A stretch of DNA of 48,507 nt. Source: a virus (lineage: Duplodnaviria; Caudoviricetes). The stretch is from the IMG/VR virus record IMGVR_UViG_3300034073_003137, positions 1-48,507 of that record. The stretch is one strand, 5' to 3'. Shown piece after piece: positions 30,701 to 40,116 of this stretch; positions within the stretch are counted from its first letter, which is position 1, and each line of letters begins with the position of its first letter. Made by a program: the position numbers and the translations under genes. Under the pieces are notes generated by a model. It saw only the letters and a list, made by a program, of their open reading frames with translations, did no database searches and was not told the DNA's origin.

Positions 30701-33700
30701 TGATCCAGATCTATATGATAAAGAAGGATCTGAAACATCAAATATAACATCTTGATACTTTGTAATTTCTATTTTTGGATTTATAGGATATAATCTTCCT
30801 ATTCCAGATGAGGTTAATTTAATAACATTTGGAAGTGCTTTTTTAGTTTCTGTTAGACTACTACAAAGACTAATTGTATTAGAATCAATTATTACTGCAT
30901 AATACATTTTATCATTAACTAATCCCCCAATAGGGACAGTTTCACTATAAATTAATTTTTCAGATGTTGAAAAATTATGATTAAATACTGTTAAAGTATT
31001 ATCAATAGTATTAACACTTTGAATAGTCTTAGGAGTAGTTGTAAATCTTCTATTAGAATCATTGTATATTAGTTGTATAGTGGTTGAAATTCCAGATTCA
31101 ACATTAAGATAAACAAAATCTTCTAAACCTAATCCATGAGGGGTTAAAGTTGATACTGTTGAAATATTTTGCGATAAACTTCCAGTTAAAACATTTGGAT
31201 AATTTGTAGTAAAACTATGATATGCTCCTGTTCCTATTCCTGAGAAATACACAATATCATTGGAAGATCCAATCCCATCTATCTCACCACTAGATCCTAT
31301 TGATACAGGTTGAGTAGAAATTCCAATTAAGTTATTTGATATTTTTACTGCATATACAATACTATTTCTCTGTAATTGAACAATAGTTGATGTATTCGTA
31401 GAAATTGATAAAGGAGATCCATCATAAGATGTGTATATTAATTCATCATTAGTGTTTAATTTATGGTTTGGTAAATATATTGATTTTGTTGGAATATCTA
31501 AAGTGTTCCACTTATTCAAGTTAGCATTTATTACAGTTCCTGGGAATGCTGAAGTATTAAAATCGAGTTTTATTAAGGTGCTTCCAATTGAAACAATTTT
31601 TCTTCTATTTGAATTATATTCAATGTTTGAAGAGTTTATAATTTGAACATAACCGCCAGAAGAATACTTAGTAATATCAGATGGATTTTTAAAGTATATT
31701 GTTGTCTCTACTCCTTTTTCTATAATAATTGGAGTATTTAAATTGTTTATAGAGAAAAATAGTGTGGAAGTGATTCCTACTCCTGATGTTAACCCTATTC
31801 CAACAGATACTAATGGATCAAAATAATATTCTTCATTAATTTTGTGGTTATAAAAATCTGAGGTTATTCCAGTGTTAAATAAAACTTTTCTTGATAATGA
31901 TCTCAATTGATCACCAGCATTATGAGATGTCCCTATTGTAGAATTTACACCTCGTAATACTCTAATCTGATAATTTACTTTATCAATGTTTAAAATTTTA
32001 ATAATTTCATCATTAATTTCATAAAGATCATTTTCTTTTACTGGGAAATCTAAATTACCATAAACTTTAAAAGTTGTGACTATTCCAGTAAAAAACTCAG
32101 AATTTATGTCTTCAAATAAAGTTAAAGTATTATTTAAAACTTGAATTTTATTTGTTTTTCTATATTCATATTTTGAAGTTAATGTTACTAATGAATCATT
32201 ATAAAAATTATGAGGACTTGTAGAAATTCCTATAAAATCCCCAGACCTATTAAATGGATAAAATTCAATGTCATTAACTGAAATGCTATTAGAAGTTACA
32301 GTGGATATATTTTTACCTTTTATCCTTACAACTCTTCCATTTGGGACATTATCATCAAATATGATAGAGTCATTAATTTTATAATTATCTCCGGAGTTTA
32401 TAACTTCTATTGAGTCAATAGTACCAGAATCAGTAAACTCTACTTCAATTTCTTGAACCTTTTCTTCATAAGGTTCAAAAATGAATTCATAATCACTATT
32501 AGAATCTAGTAAATTATAAGGAGTAGTATTTCTTAGTAATTTATTTTCTATAAAGTACTGCTCATTTAAAAGTGTTGGTTGATTAAAGTTAAAATCTATT
32601 ACTTTACTTTTGTAAGAATTTCCTATTACATAAGGAAAAACTGGAAATTTATAATTTAAAAATTGACCTGAGGATTGAATGTTTTCTGAAAATGTCGAGA
32701 AGTATGCGTATACTCCATTTGGAAATTCGGGAGTTATACAATATCTACCATTATATTCATCGAGATCTCCATTATCAGTAAATTCATAATCTTCTATAAA
32801 AGATCCTAAAGGATAAGTAACACTACTAGGACCATCAATTCTTCCTTGTCTTTGGGTGTATTTTAGAGTATACCCACTTCTCATCAATCTAATAATACCC
32901 GAATTCCCATTTGAAAATCCATAAGGACCATATATTGGATTTCCATCATAAGACCATCCAATTATTGGTGAATGTGATGATGAATTTATTTCTCTATTTG
33001 AAGTATTTAACTGCAAATCTGAAATATAGTTTTGATTAACTGTTGAATATACAGATGCTCTTAAAGGTCTAGCTGGATATAAATGACCATATTGTAGATC
33101 ATTTAGTCCGTTGAATATTACACCATCATCTGGTAGAATTTTTTGATTTAAAATATATTTTTGAACTAAATTAATTCTCCAAGATTTTATAATGGATTTA
33201 AATGTTGCTCCACTTCCACTAGGGACAACACTTAAAAATGTATCATTTTGAGTATAACCAAATCCACCAGAAACAACCTTAACTTCTGAAATTGATCCTT
33301 GAGAAATAACAGGAACTAAAACTGCACCAAATCCAGAACCTCTAATGATAATATCTGGAGTTGCTCTATAATTTAATCCTGGGGATTGAATTATAATTCT
33401 TTCTATTGATCCCTGATTAATTATAGGTGTTAATTGAGCACCACTACCCTCTATTAAGAAAATGTTTGGTTGTCTATCAAAGTTTATAATTTCAGAAGAA
33501 CCATATCCAACACCACCATTTTCTAAAAATACAGATTGTATTTTTCCTCTAAAAATTGGAACTACTTTTCCAAAGTAATCCTGACCAGCAGTTGAGGAAA
33601 TTCCAACTTTTCCAGTAAGTTTTACAGTTATTGGAGGGTAATTGAAGTAATCATTTGTAAATGATGGTGAGACAAAATCAATATATTCTTTATTTTTAAA

Positions 33701-36700
33701 GAACAATTCTGGATCACTATCAGGACCAATTTGAGATAACTTCAATTCATCCTCTGTAATTTTAGTAACATAATAAGAGTTTGAAGAAGTTAATCCAACA
33801 ATTGGAGTGATTTGAGGTAAGTAAGTTATAATTTCACCGTCTAAGTATCCATGCTTATTAATTACTAGGGTGTCTGATGCTGTGTTTATTCCAGAAACTC
33901 TTGTTCTTTTATTTTGGTATCCAGAACCAGAAGATAATATCTCAACAGAGCTAATCTTTTTCTTAAGAGTAGTAGATCTTAAATTGTGTATCCCCCTACC
34001 TTCTTCATTAAAGTTGATTGAATTTATGCCAGCAATAGCATCAGGTAAACTATTATGTAATGCAACTTTATATGAATCTAAAACTGAAACATAATATTCA
34101 AAATTAGTGTTTATGCCTAAAACACTTTTTTGTCCATTTGTTTCATATATAACCTTTTCATTATCTACAAATCTATGAGGATCAAAGAACTCAATGACGT
34201 TATTTGTAATATCAACTAATTCTGAATTAAATTCAGGTGAATGAACAGAATTAACTGTTCTTACTCTTGCCTTTGCTCCAGAACCATTTCCTCCACTTAT
34301 GGTTATTGAAGGTTCTTCAACATAATCAAATCCAGGATCAACAATATCAAATCTTTTTAGTTCTCCAATTACTGAGCAATATGCACTACATCCAGTTCCA
34401 ATAGCATCAGTAACTAATAAATTTGGAGGATTTATTACATCATAACCATCACCCTCAGATGTAACTAGAATTTCTTCTACAGGACCATAAAAAACTTTAT
34501 CAGAGGATTTATAATTTAATAGTTCTACTCCATTTACAAAGATTCCAATAGGTCCTGGTTCAGTTTCTTTTTTAACATCAACTAATTCTGGTGTTGATAT
34601 CTTTTTAAGTAGATTTTGAGCTTTTAGTTTTAGTGAATTAAATTTGATATCATTAAATTCAAATCTTTCTAATCTACATTCATTTAATTTTCCAGTAATT
34701 ATTACATATTTTTCATTAAAAATATTTTCTCTACTTCTTGATAATTTGATTGTATTATCATCTTCAACCTTCACATAAAATAAAGATGTAGTTAATCCCA
34801 CTCCATCTACTTTAATGTCACTTAAAGAAGATGGTCTAAAAACAACAGAGTCCCCACTATAGTAACTATGATTTATTATAGTTAAATCACTATTATTTTC
34901 TGGTAAAGTTATATCAGAAAACTTATGAGAAAAATCATCTACATTAATGGCAGTATTTAAATAACTTGGTAAGGAGGGTGAAGCTACATATAAAGATTTT
35001 TCAGAGTCTATGTAAGTATTTTGTACATTAGTATTATAAGTTTTGTATGTGTTTATTGTAGTTTGATCTGAATTAACTATTGAATTTTGATTTACATTAA
35101 GTTTTGATATTACTTTTCTTAATCTAGATGCTAAAGAAATTAAATCAGACTGGCTTAAAGTTGGAAACTCATTAAATAATTCTTCTAAATTACATTTAAC
35201 AATAAGTTCTTTTGAATTATTAATTTCAATAACTCTTCCAAAATAAGGTTTATTGATGGAAAAGAATAAATCTATTCCATCACCTTTAACAAAAGTATGA
35301 TTATCAAATAAAGTTATTTTTAAATCTTTAAGAAATACATTAGTCTGTGTTGGATTTAAATCTTCTATATTTTGAATATTATAGTTTGTTGCAATATTAA
35401 AAAACCAATTATTTTCTTTTACTCCTTGACAGTCTTCACCTAAGGTCTTAATGCTGATAATATCACCCTTCTCATAATAAGAATTTGCATCAAAAGAATC
35501 AATACCAGATATTACTCCTGTTACTCTTACAGTTACTAATTCATTATTGGAATTAAATCCATAAGCATAGTTATTAATTTTTACTTCTGTTCCTCCCTCT
35601 AAAGGAAGAATTATTCCAGAACATCCTAAAAACTGATTTAAAACTTTTGAAGTATATGTAATGACAAATGAGGTTTCATTTACTCCATCGGAGTCTAAAT
35701 CTAAATCAACAACTAACTGTCCTGAGTTCGGGAATCCAATAGTTGAATCTACATCAAGATAAGTTGAGTTTTGTTCTACTCTACTTGTTAAAATAGTTTT
35801 AGGATGAATACTAAAATTACTTTTAATTGATCCAAATACATCAATATCTTTATCATAACCAGAATCCAAACTAATAGTATAGTATATTCTTCCTCCTCTG
35901 GAAATTCTCTTTACATCAGTAATAGTTCCTCTAGCATCTGAGAATAGTCCATTTGTATCTCTATCTTGATAGAGAGTTCCATTAACTAAATCTAATGGAT
36001 CTCCTACTATTGATTCTACAACCAAATCTTGCGTTATTCTAAACTGAGCATCTGAAGGTTGAATTAAGTAATCCCTTGGTAAGATTACTTTTGGAGTAAC
36101 TCCATATAATGCTCCAAAAAGAATTTTAAAAGAATCTTCTGTTCCTTTTGAAGTATAAAGATCGTTAGACTGCTTTATAAAAAGTCTTTCATTTAAGGAT
36201 TCATAAAAGTCTTTATTTTCTAACCCAGGAGTTATTTGCTTCTTAATCTTAGTAAAAAATTCTTTTAAGAATAAGATGCTTAGATTATGTACTCTAGAAT
36301 TAATTAGGTGTTCAGAAGATTCAGTTTCTTTAAAAACTAATTGATCTTCTTTTGTAGAATTATTCAGAGATGTTGTTCCACTAAATCCTCTGATACATTC
36401 AGTAAAAGAAGTCTTAGTTTTACTTTTATAGGTTATAATCTCATCATCAATTAAAATTAGTCCATAAGAATTTGGAAATCCATCCGTAGATTCAACAAAT
36501 ATTTCATCATCAAAGAATGAAATATCAGAAGTTAAATTAGTAAATTCTATTAAATTTGTTAGGTTGTCTACCTTCACATAATTATCAATATTTTGAATAA
36601 TGTCTGAAGGATTTCCCTGTGATTCTAATGAAAAATAGTACTGAGATAGAAACTCAGATACTAAAGGATACTCTTCTCTGACAAATTCGGGAAGTTGATT

Positions 36701-36739
36701 TTCTACGATTGAACTAATTTTAATTCTATTCTCTAGCAT
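27749..36739 (-). CDS. g7: baseplate wedge initiator gp7-like giant protein (2996 aa)
   Basis: N-terminus VENQLPEFVREEYP and LYTSKGTEDSFKILF; HSPIIGWSYDGNPIYGPYG; DSDYYQYFSYSI and HTSGFKKF; follows g6. Confidence 0.85.
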   Translation of the reverse strand: MLENRIKISSIVENQLPEFVREEYPLVSEFLSQYYFSLESQGNPSDIIQNIDNYVKVDNLTNLIEFTNLTSDISFFDDEIFVESTDGFPNSYGLILIDDEIITYKSKTKTSFTECIRGFSGTTSLNNSTKEDQLVFKETESSEHLINSRVHNLSILFLKEFFTKIKKQITPGLENKDFYESLNERLFIKQSNDLYTSKGTEDSFKILFGALYGVTPKVILPRDYLIQPSDAQFRITQDLVVESIVGDPLDLVNGTLYQDRDTNGLFSDARGTITDVKRISRGGRIYYTISLDSGYDKDIDVFGSIKSNFSIHPKTILTSRVEQNSTYLDVDSTIGFPNSGQLVVDLDLDSDGVNETSFVITYTSKVLNQFLGCSGIILPLEGGTEVKINNYAYGFNSNNELVTVRVTGVISGIDSFDANSYYEKGDIISIKTLGEDCQGVKENNWFFNIATNYNIQNIEDLNPTQTNVFLKDLKITLFDNHTFVKGDGIDLFFSINKPYFGRVIEINNSKELIVKCNLEELFNEFPTLSQSDLISLASRLRKVISKLNVNQNSIVNSDQTTINTYKTYNTNVQNTYIDSEKSLYVASPSLPSYLNTAINVDDFSHKFSDITLPENNSDLTIINHSYYSGDSVVFRPSSLSDIKVDGVGLTTSLFYVKVEDDNTIKLSRSRENIFNEKYVIITGKLNECRLERFEFNDIKFNSLKLKAQNLLKKISTPELVDVKKETEPGPIGIFVNGVELLNYKSSDKVFYGPVEEILVTSEGDGYDVINPPNLLVTDAIGTGCSAYCSVIGELKRFDIVDPGFDYVEEPSITISGGNGSGAKARVRTVNSVHSPEFNSELVDITNNVIEFFDPHRFVDNEKVIYETNGQKSVLGINTNFEYYVSVLDSYKVALHNSLPDAIAGINSINFNEEGRGIHNLRSTTLKKKISSVEILSSGSGYQNKRTRVSGINTASDTLVINKHGYLDGEIITYLPQITPIVGLTSSNSYYVTKITEDELKLSQIGPDSDPELFFKNKEYIDFVSPSFTNDYFNYPPITVKLTGKVGISSTAGQDYFGKVVPIFRGKIQSVFLENGGVGYGSSEIINFDRQPNIFLIEGSGAQLTPIINQGSIERIIIQSPGLNYRATPDIIIRGSGFGAVLVPVISQGSISEVKVVSGGFGYTQNDTFLSVVPSGSGATFKSIIKSWRINLVQKYILNQKILPDDGVIFNGLNDLQYGHLYPARPLRASVYSTVNQNYISDLQLNTSNREINSSSHSPIIGWSYDGNPIYGPYGFSNGNSGIIRLMRSGYTLKYTQRQGRIDGPSSVTYPLGSFIEDYEFTDNGDLDEYNGRYCITPEFPNGVYAYFSTFSENIQSSGQFLNYKFPVFPYVIGNSYKSKVIDFNFNQPTLLNEQYFIENKLLRNTTPYNLLDSNSDYEFIFEPYEEKVQEIEVEFTDSGTIDSIEVINSGDNYKINDSIIFDDNVPNGRVVRIKGKNISTVTSNSISVNDIEFYPFNRSGDFIGISTSPHNFYNDSLVTLTSKYEYRKTNKIQVLNNTLTLFEDINSEFFTGIVTTFKVYGNLDFPVKENDLYEINDEIIKILNIDKVNYQIRVLRGVNSTIGTSHNAGDQLRSLSRKVLFNTGITSDFYNHKINEEYYFDPLVSVGIGLTSGVGITSTLFFSINNLNTPIIIEKGVETTIYFKNPSDITKYSSGGYVQIINSSNIEYNSNRRKIVSIGSTLIKLDFNTSAFPGTVINANLNKWNTLDIPTKSIYLPNHKLNTNDELIYTSYDGSPLSISTNTSTIVQLQRNSIVYAVKISNNLIGISTQPVSIGSSGEIDGIGSSNDIVYFSGIGTGAYHSFTTNYPNVLTGSLSQNISTVSTLTPHGLGLEDFVYLNVESGISTTIQLIYNDSNRRFTTTPKTIQSVNTIDNTLTVFNHNFSTSEKLIYSETVPIGGLVNDKMYYAVIIDSNTISLCSSLTETKKALPNVIKLTSSGIGRLYPINPKIEITKYQDVIFDVSDPSLSYRSGSTIRPAFDLKLFYDENFENEFGTFDITTSGSIGVGTTSTITLKTKNLPDTIYYSLVPIDLNRLPSVKKEIYIDKEQINFNRISLVNSQIQGKQRVTNYTSNTFTFDTINPVEAKIYNRNNSTITYETDSSTTLGGISKVSVNNQNKLYNKVPVIKTIQSGIGTNAILEISTSTIGNVTSNNIKIKDIGFNYSSDITIRPKCIFPSIIRILPFNIFDFVEVESRGKNYNSSPDLVVLDGISNEVVDDVLLKYDIEDNEVLILQNTKGISKVEPIIIPINNDNGFLISDIFYDQFTNRVTVILEGEFNNTVNFPFELGDEVLIENVSVESEESKGYNSENYEYKLFKIEILNPNFGFSGANFSYSLDGILEPGEDPGVYNTRFSKGVVIPKKYFPKFKTKLKVIEFGINETVESSNNSGIVKGWDPENNYLKVTSNKDFTVGDILVGQTSNVKGLIESIISFNTYLDINSNTTVKQGWRLETGFLNNDYQRLYDSDYYQYFSYSIESPIDITQWNDVVSNINHTSGFKKFSDILVQSENYNTGLSTSQDLGNYYAESISSEFIDFNCVHDFDLVTENSFIVNRRVRSNEIYFDSRILQDYIESIGNRVLLIDDISDKFTTAEPRPFQVIDTFELEEVRYRKYFVYIYDVLDPTRTESLFVSLLHDGVEGYLNQYAVISSEDTMGYFDFRTEIDRFGELLFYPSVSERKIYKYNNFSTGIGDALVGAANTELNFGDIAKIQYVNTIIPSDDSDPISLPGISTDQRACKLLVTISDTGNSYYQFNEISILHNDEEVLINSFGDLNNLNLTPYYSAGIVTFSASLNSGDLEVILHPNVGIGTSLFVNATITSIGNTGVTDSNLQILGNTFNSKFISTTMTGDIPENKLIFTHSSRYSTTYSNIVIQDKTNNRFEFIEMNTLLNNSRQESLVVEYGVLNFDNSIGQFNSEINNVSGNFELYFTPYEDIDYDIRILTTIVGLTDQDGAITI

Positions 36740-36740
36740 T

Positions 36741-38642
36741 TTAACTTCTTACAAGATTTCCATTTGTATAACTTGATGTGATAATAAAATCTGATCCGGA
36801 GATATCAGATCCAGATGATATATTATCAGAAATCATATTAATAGTACTGCTATTAATATCTATTACAATATATAACTCCTGTTTTCCAATGATATCATTT
36901 GATTTAGGAGTGACTGATATCTGAATTATTGAGTCTTCTCCTTCAATTCTTGAAGTTCTTGCAATATTTACAGGATTTAAATTAATTTCACCTTTTTCAT
37001 AATCTATAGTTCCTGCATTTGTCTTAACAATTTCATATTCAGTCTCACTTATAAGTTTAAAAAATACAATTGTTCCAGTTTTTCCATCCTTATTCGGAAA
37101 ATCTGTCAAATAAAGAGTATTTGGATTGCCATTTACTACAAATCCTGAAGATTTTACATTAAATCCTTTCTGATTTGGATAAATTGGATTGCCATAACAG
37201 ATAAGATAGCTTGCAAAGGTGTTCAATGCTGCTCTTAAATCCCTTCTTATCTTTATTTTTGTGATATTTGAGGTAATAGCTTGATTACTATCGTCAATAA
37301 GTTTTAAAAATTTACTATATTTGAATCTAGTTCCGTAATTATTCAAATTTTCTCTAGAATAATTAATGATATTATTGATAATAATGCTTCTTAACTCACT
37401 TGGTTCAGAAAAAAGATTCTCATTATAGTAAACTGAACTGTCAATTTCTATGTAAAGGTACTTTAGATCAAGTATTTCTGTAACAATTCCTGCTACACTA
37501 TACTTTCTTATCAGTCTTTTTAGATTATCTTTAATTAAATTAGGAACAAATGGTCCAGATTTAGGTTTAATTGAGATAAAAACCTTACCATAACTTGGAG
37601 GATCTAATTCTTCCCCTCCAAAAACAGAAACTGACTCTGTTTCTGGGTAAATTCTTGGAATTAATGCCTCATAATCATTTGCAGTTACTGCTCTATTCTG
37701 TGCAGAGTATATTCTTGGAGCATAATTTCTGATTGAATTTACCGATTCAATCTCAGATCCACCCTGAGAAGGTGAAATTGTGCTGATAAGAGATATACCA
37801 GTGGGAACAACTCTTCCATTATTATCAATAATTCTTCCTGAAAAGGCAAAAGAGGTCAATCCATTACCATTTTCCCCATTACTTATAACATAAGAAGCAT
37901 TAATATAGTTCTGATTGTCCAGTTTTTTACCAAAAATATCATCTCCAAATATTAATTCATATCTTTGATCTTCTATTTCTTGAATAAAGAATACTTTTGA
38001 TCTAGGAGTAACATTAAAAAGACTATCAGACAGTAAAAACTTTCTTGTTACTGTGCTTGATTGAGAATTCTTAACGTTTACTCTAATTGTAGATGTGTCA
38101 ATATTAGCATTACTTAGAATAAATCTTTGATTTAAATTATTAACATCTACTGTAAAATTTTGTGTTAGATATGTTCCTTCTACAACTTCGATATTTTCAA
38201 AAGAAGCAATATCATTTATAATTGGAACTGTGACATCTTCTAGAAGAGAAAAAGTAAAACTTGTATTTCCAAAAGCATTTGAGGTGCAAACCAATCCTTT
38301 TTGAAGAGTCAGGCTAATTGGATTTGTAGAAAGTGTAGATGTATTAACAAAGAAAGATATGACTGCTCTTGATGATGTTCTAGATCTTGGTGTGTATCCA
38401 ATATTCTTAGCAAGGGATACTACGTTCTCCCTAAGAGTTGCACTATCAATAAAAACCTCATTGCTAACCATATTAGCATTGTATGAGGTGATGTAAGTAT
38501 TATACGCAAGAACATCAATTAATGCTGATAGATTTGATCCTTCAAAATCATAATCAGTAAAATTTGAATTTGCGCGTAGATACTCACGAAGAGTTGATTT
38601 TATTTGATCGAAGTCTAAATTAGTAAAATTAACTAATGCCAT
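36741..38642 (-). CDS. g6: baseplate wedge subunit gp6
   Basis: LDFDQIK, FTDYDFEGSNLS, LAYNTY, FIDSATLRENVVSLAK and QNRAVTANDY motifs. Confidence 0.96.
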   Translation of the reverse strand: MALVNFTNLDFDQIKSTLREYLRANSNFTDYDFEGSNLSALIDVLAYNTYITSYNANMVSNEVFIDSATLRENVVSLAKNIGYTPRSRTSSRAVISFFVNTSTLSTNPISLTLQKGLVCTSNAFGNTSFTFSLLEDVTVPIINDIASFENIEVVEGTYLTQNFTVDVNNLNQRFILSNANIDTSTIRVNVKNSQSSTVTRKFLLSDSLFNVTPRSKVFFIQEIEDQRYELIFGDDIFGKKLDNQNYINASYVISNGENGNGLTSFAFSGRIIDNNGRVVPTGISLISTISPSQGGSEIESVNSIRNYAPRIYSAQNRAVTANDYEALIPRIYPETESVSVFGGEELDPPSYGKVFISIKPKSGPFVPNLIKDNLKRLIRKYSVAGIVTEILDLKYLYIEIDSSVYYNENLFSEPSELRSIIINNIINYSRENLNNYGTRFKYSKFLKLIDDSNQAITSNITKIKIRRDLRAALNTFASYLICYGNPIYPNQKGFNVKSSGFVVNGNPNTLYLTDFPNKDGKTGTIVFFKLISETEYEIVKTNAGTIDYEKGEINLNPVNIARTSRIEGEDSIIQISVTPKSNDIIGKQELYIVIDINSSTINMISDNISSGSDISGSDFIITSSYTNGNLVRS

Positions 38643-39043
38643 TATCGTGTTGGCTGAAGTGCGAATGACAACTGTTGAGGAAGAACATCAATTCCAATAA
38701 TTTTATAATTGATTGTAACGTTAAATTCGTTATTATCATAATTCGGAGAAATAATTACATCTATTAATTCCACTCTTGGTTCATATCTGTTAATAGTGTT
38801 GGTTATTTCATCTCTTATAATTGATGCTGAAATATCATCTATGTTTTCAAAGAGAGATCTACCTACTTTTGATCCTAGATTCTCATTAAAGAATCTTTCA
38901 CCGGGTTGGGTAAGCACAAGATTTCTTACAGACCTAGCAATAGCACTTTCATTTTTAAGTGCAATAAGATCGTAGTTCAGGGGATTTGCCTGAAACGTCA
39001 TGCTTAAATCTTTAAATCCTCTGCTTACCCTTTCTAAAGGCAT
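38642..39043 (-). CDS. g25: baseplate wedge subunit gp25
   Basis: AIARSVRNLVLTQPGERFF and INRYEPRV motifs; ATAAATA at 39064-39070. Confidence 0.95.
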   Translation of the reverse strand: MPLERVSRGFKDLSMTFQANPLNYDLIALKNESAIARSVRNLVLTQPGERFFNENLGSKVGRSLFENIDDISASIIRDEITNTINRYEPRVELIDVIISPNYDNNEFNVTINYKIIGIDVLPQQLSFALQPTR

Positions 39044-39062
39044 GAAATAAAATAAATCTATA

Positions 39063-39302
39063 TTATTTATTCATTTGATAAAGAGGTTCGGTTCCATATT
39101 CCCAGTCATCATAATCATTGTCATTTCTAATTTTCTCATGAATTTCATTTTGAATTGCGAAATCATGTCTTTTGGGGGTGTAATCATCGTGATTAATTTC
39201 ACGAAGCATCTTTTGTTCTGAAAATGCTCCGTAGTCAGATGCTAAACGATCTGTTCCCCACATTTTTCTCATATATTCAGTGTTTCTATCTGATTGTGAC
39301 AT
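39063..39302 (-). CDS. hypothetical protein (79 aa, MSQSDRN...)
   Basis: ATG at 39302 preceded by AGGAG; this start avoids the overlap with the upstream ORF. Confidence 0.7.
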   Translation of the reverse strand: MSQSDRNTEYMRKMWGTDRLASDYGAFSEQKMLREINHDDYTPKRHDFAIQNEIHEKIRNDNDYDDWEYGTEPLYQMNK

Positions 39303-39345
39303 TTGTTTTCTCCTGATTTGAAAATCAGAACTTTTAAAGGGGTTT

Positions 39346-39957
39346 CTATCCCTTGTCGTTGTCAATCAAAAATCCAAGTCTATGATAATCCTCATCCTCT
39401 ACAAATGTATACTTACTATCTATATTCATATCTTCTCCTTTCCAGACTGGTATTGCAACTGAATTCCCATATCTAAAATCAGAATTCCTTCGGAAATGAA
39501 CCTCAATAAGTTTACCCTCAATAAATTCACAATTAATCCATTCATATGTTTCTTTGAATGAATTCAATATCTTTGGAAATTCAACTTCACGATTCACCTT
39601 ATACCATCTAGACCACTTATAGAGAGCGTTTTGCTGCGATCTTTCCCCCTTCACAATAAGACTCGGTATTCCTCTTCTAAAATCCACACTCAAATGTTCT
39701 CCTGAGAATAATTCACACCAGAACTCTGAGGGATGTAGATGTTCTGTTGAGTCTTCAATGAATTCTACACGAGAAAAACGGCCCATACCCATAAGGTTCA
39801 TAGAAGGCCTTACAATATAAAAGTCGGGTTTAGGAACCGAGAGTCCTGCTGGACCACAGTTATATCCTAAAACCCGACTAAGTATCAGTTTATTATAAAC
39901 CCAAAGGTCCTCTGAATGTATTGAATTCCACTCTGAGGAGACCTCCAGATGATACAT
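39346..39957 (-). CDS. hypothetical protein (203 aa), possible ATP-grasp-like fold
   Basis: YIVRP..NLMGMG, ELFSGEHLSVDF and INCEFIEGKLIEVHFR loosely resemble ATP-grasp motifs. Confidence 0.6.
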   Translation of the reverse strand: MYHLEVSSEWNSIHSEDLWVYNKLILSRVLGYNCGPAGLSVPKPDFYIVRPSMNLMGMGRFSRVEFIEDSTEHLHPSEFWCELFSGEHLSVDFRRGIPSLIVKGERSQQNALYKWSRWYKVNREVEFPKILNSFKETYEWINCEFIEGKLIEVHFRRNSDFRYGNSVAIPVWKGEDMNIDSKYTFVEDEDYHRLGFLIDNDKG

Positions 39958-39960
39958 AAA

Positions 39961-40101
39961 TTATTTTCCCTGACCTCTATACTTTTTCCCTGCACCATTC
40001 CGAGAGGTTGCGGAATACTTTGTGTGCTTCCCTAGACCCTGACGGGTGTTCTTGGGATTTGATTCAATTTTTTGTCCGTTTAGATTCGGTCTTTTTGCCA
40101 T
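39961..40101 (-). CDS. small basic protein (46 aa); absent from the ORF track
   Basis: MAKRPNLNGQKIESNPKNTRQGLGKHTKYSATSRNGAGKKYRGQGK with a strong AAGGAG SD. Confidence 0.8.
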   Translation of the reverse strand: MAKRPNLNGQKIESNPKNTRQGLGKHTKYSATSRNGAGKKYRGQGK

Positions 40102-40116
40102 AATGATTCTCCTTTA

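Noticed and set aside
354-34094. Short plus-strand and nested ORFs in the track (e.g. 354..560, 2903..3133, 8818..9087, 16978..17169, 33870..34094)
   Set aside because: They lie antisense to or inside well-supported structural genes and have no recognisable motifs, so they are treated as shadow ORFs
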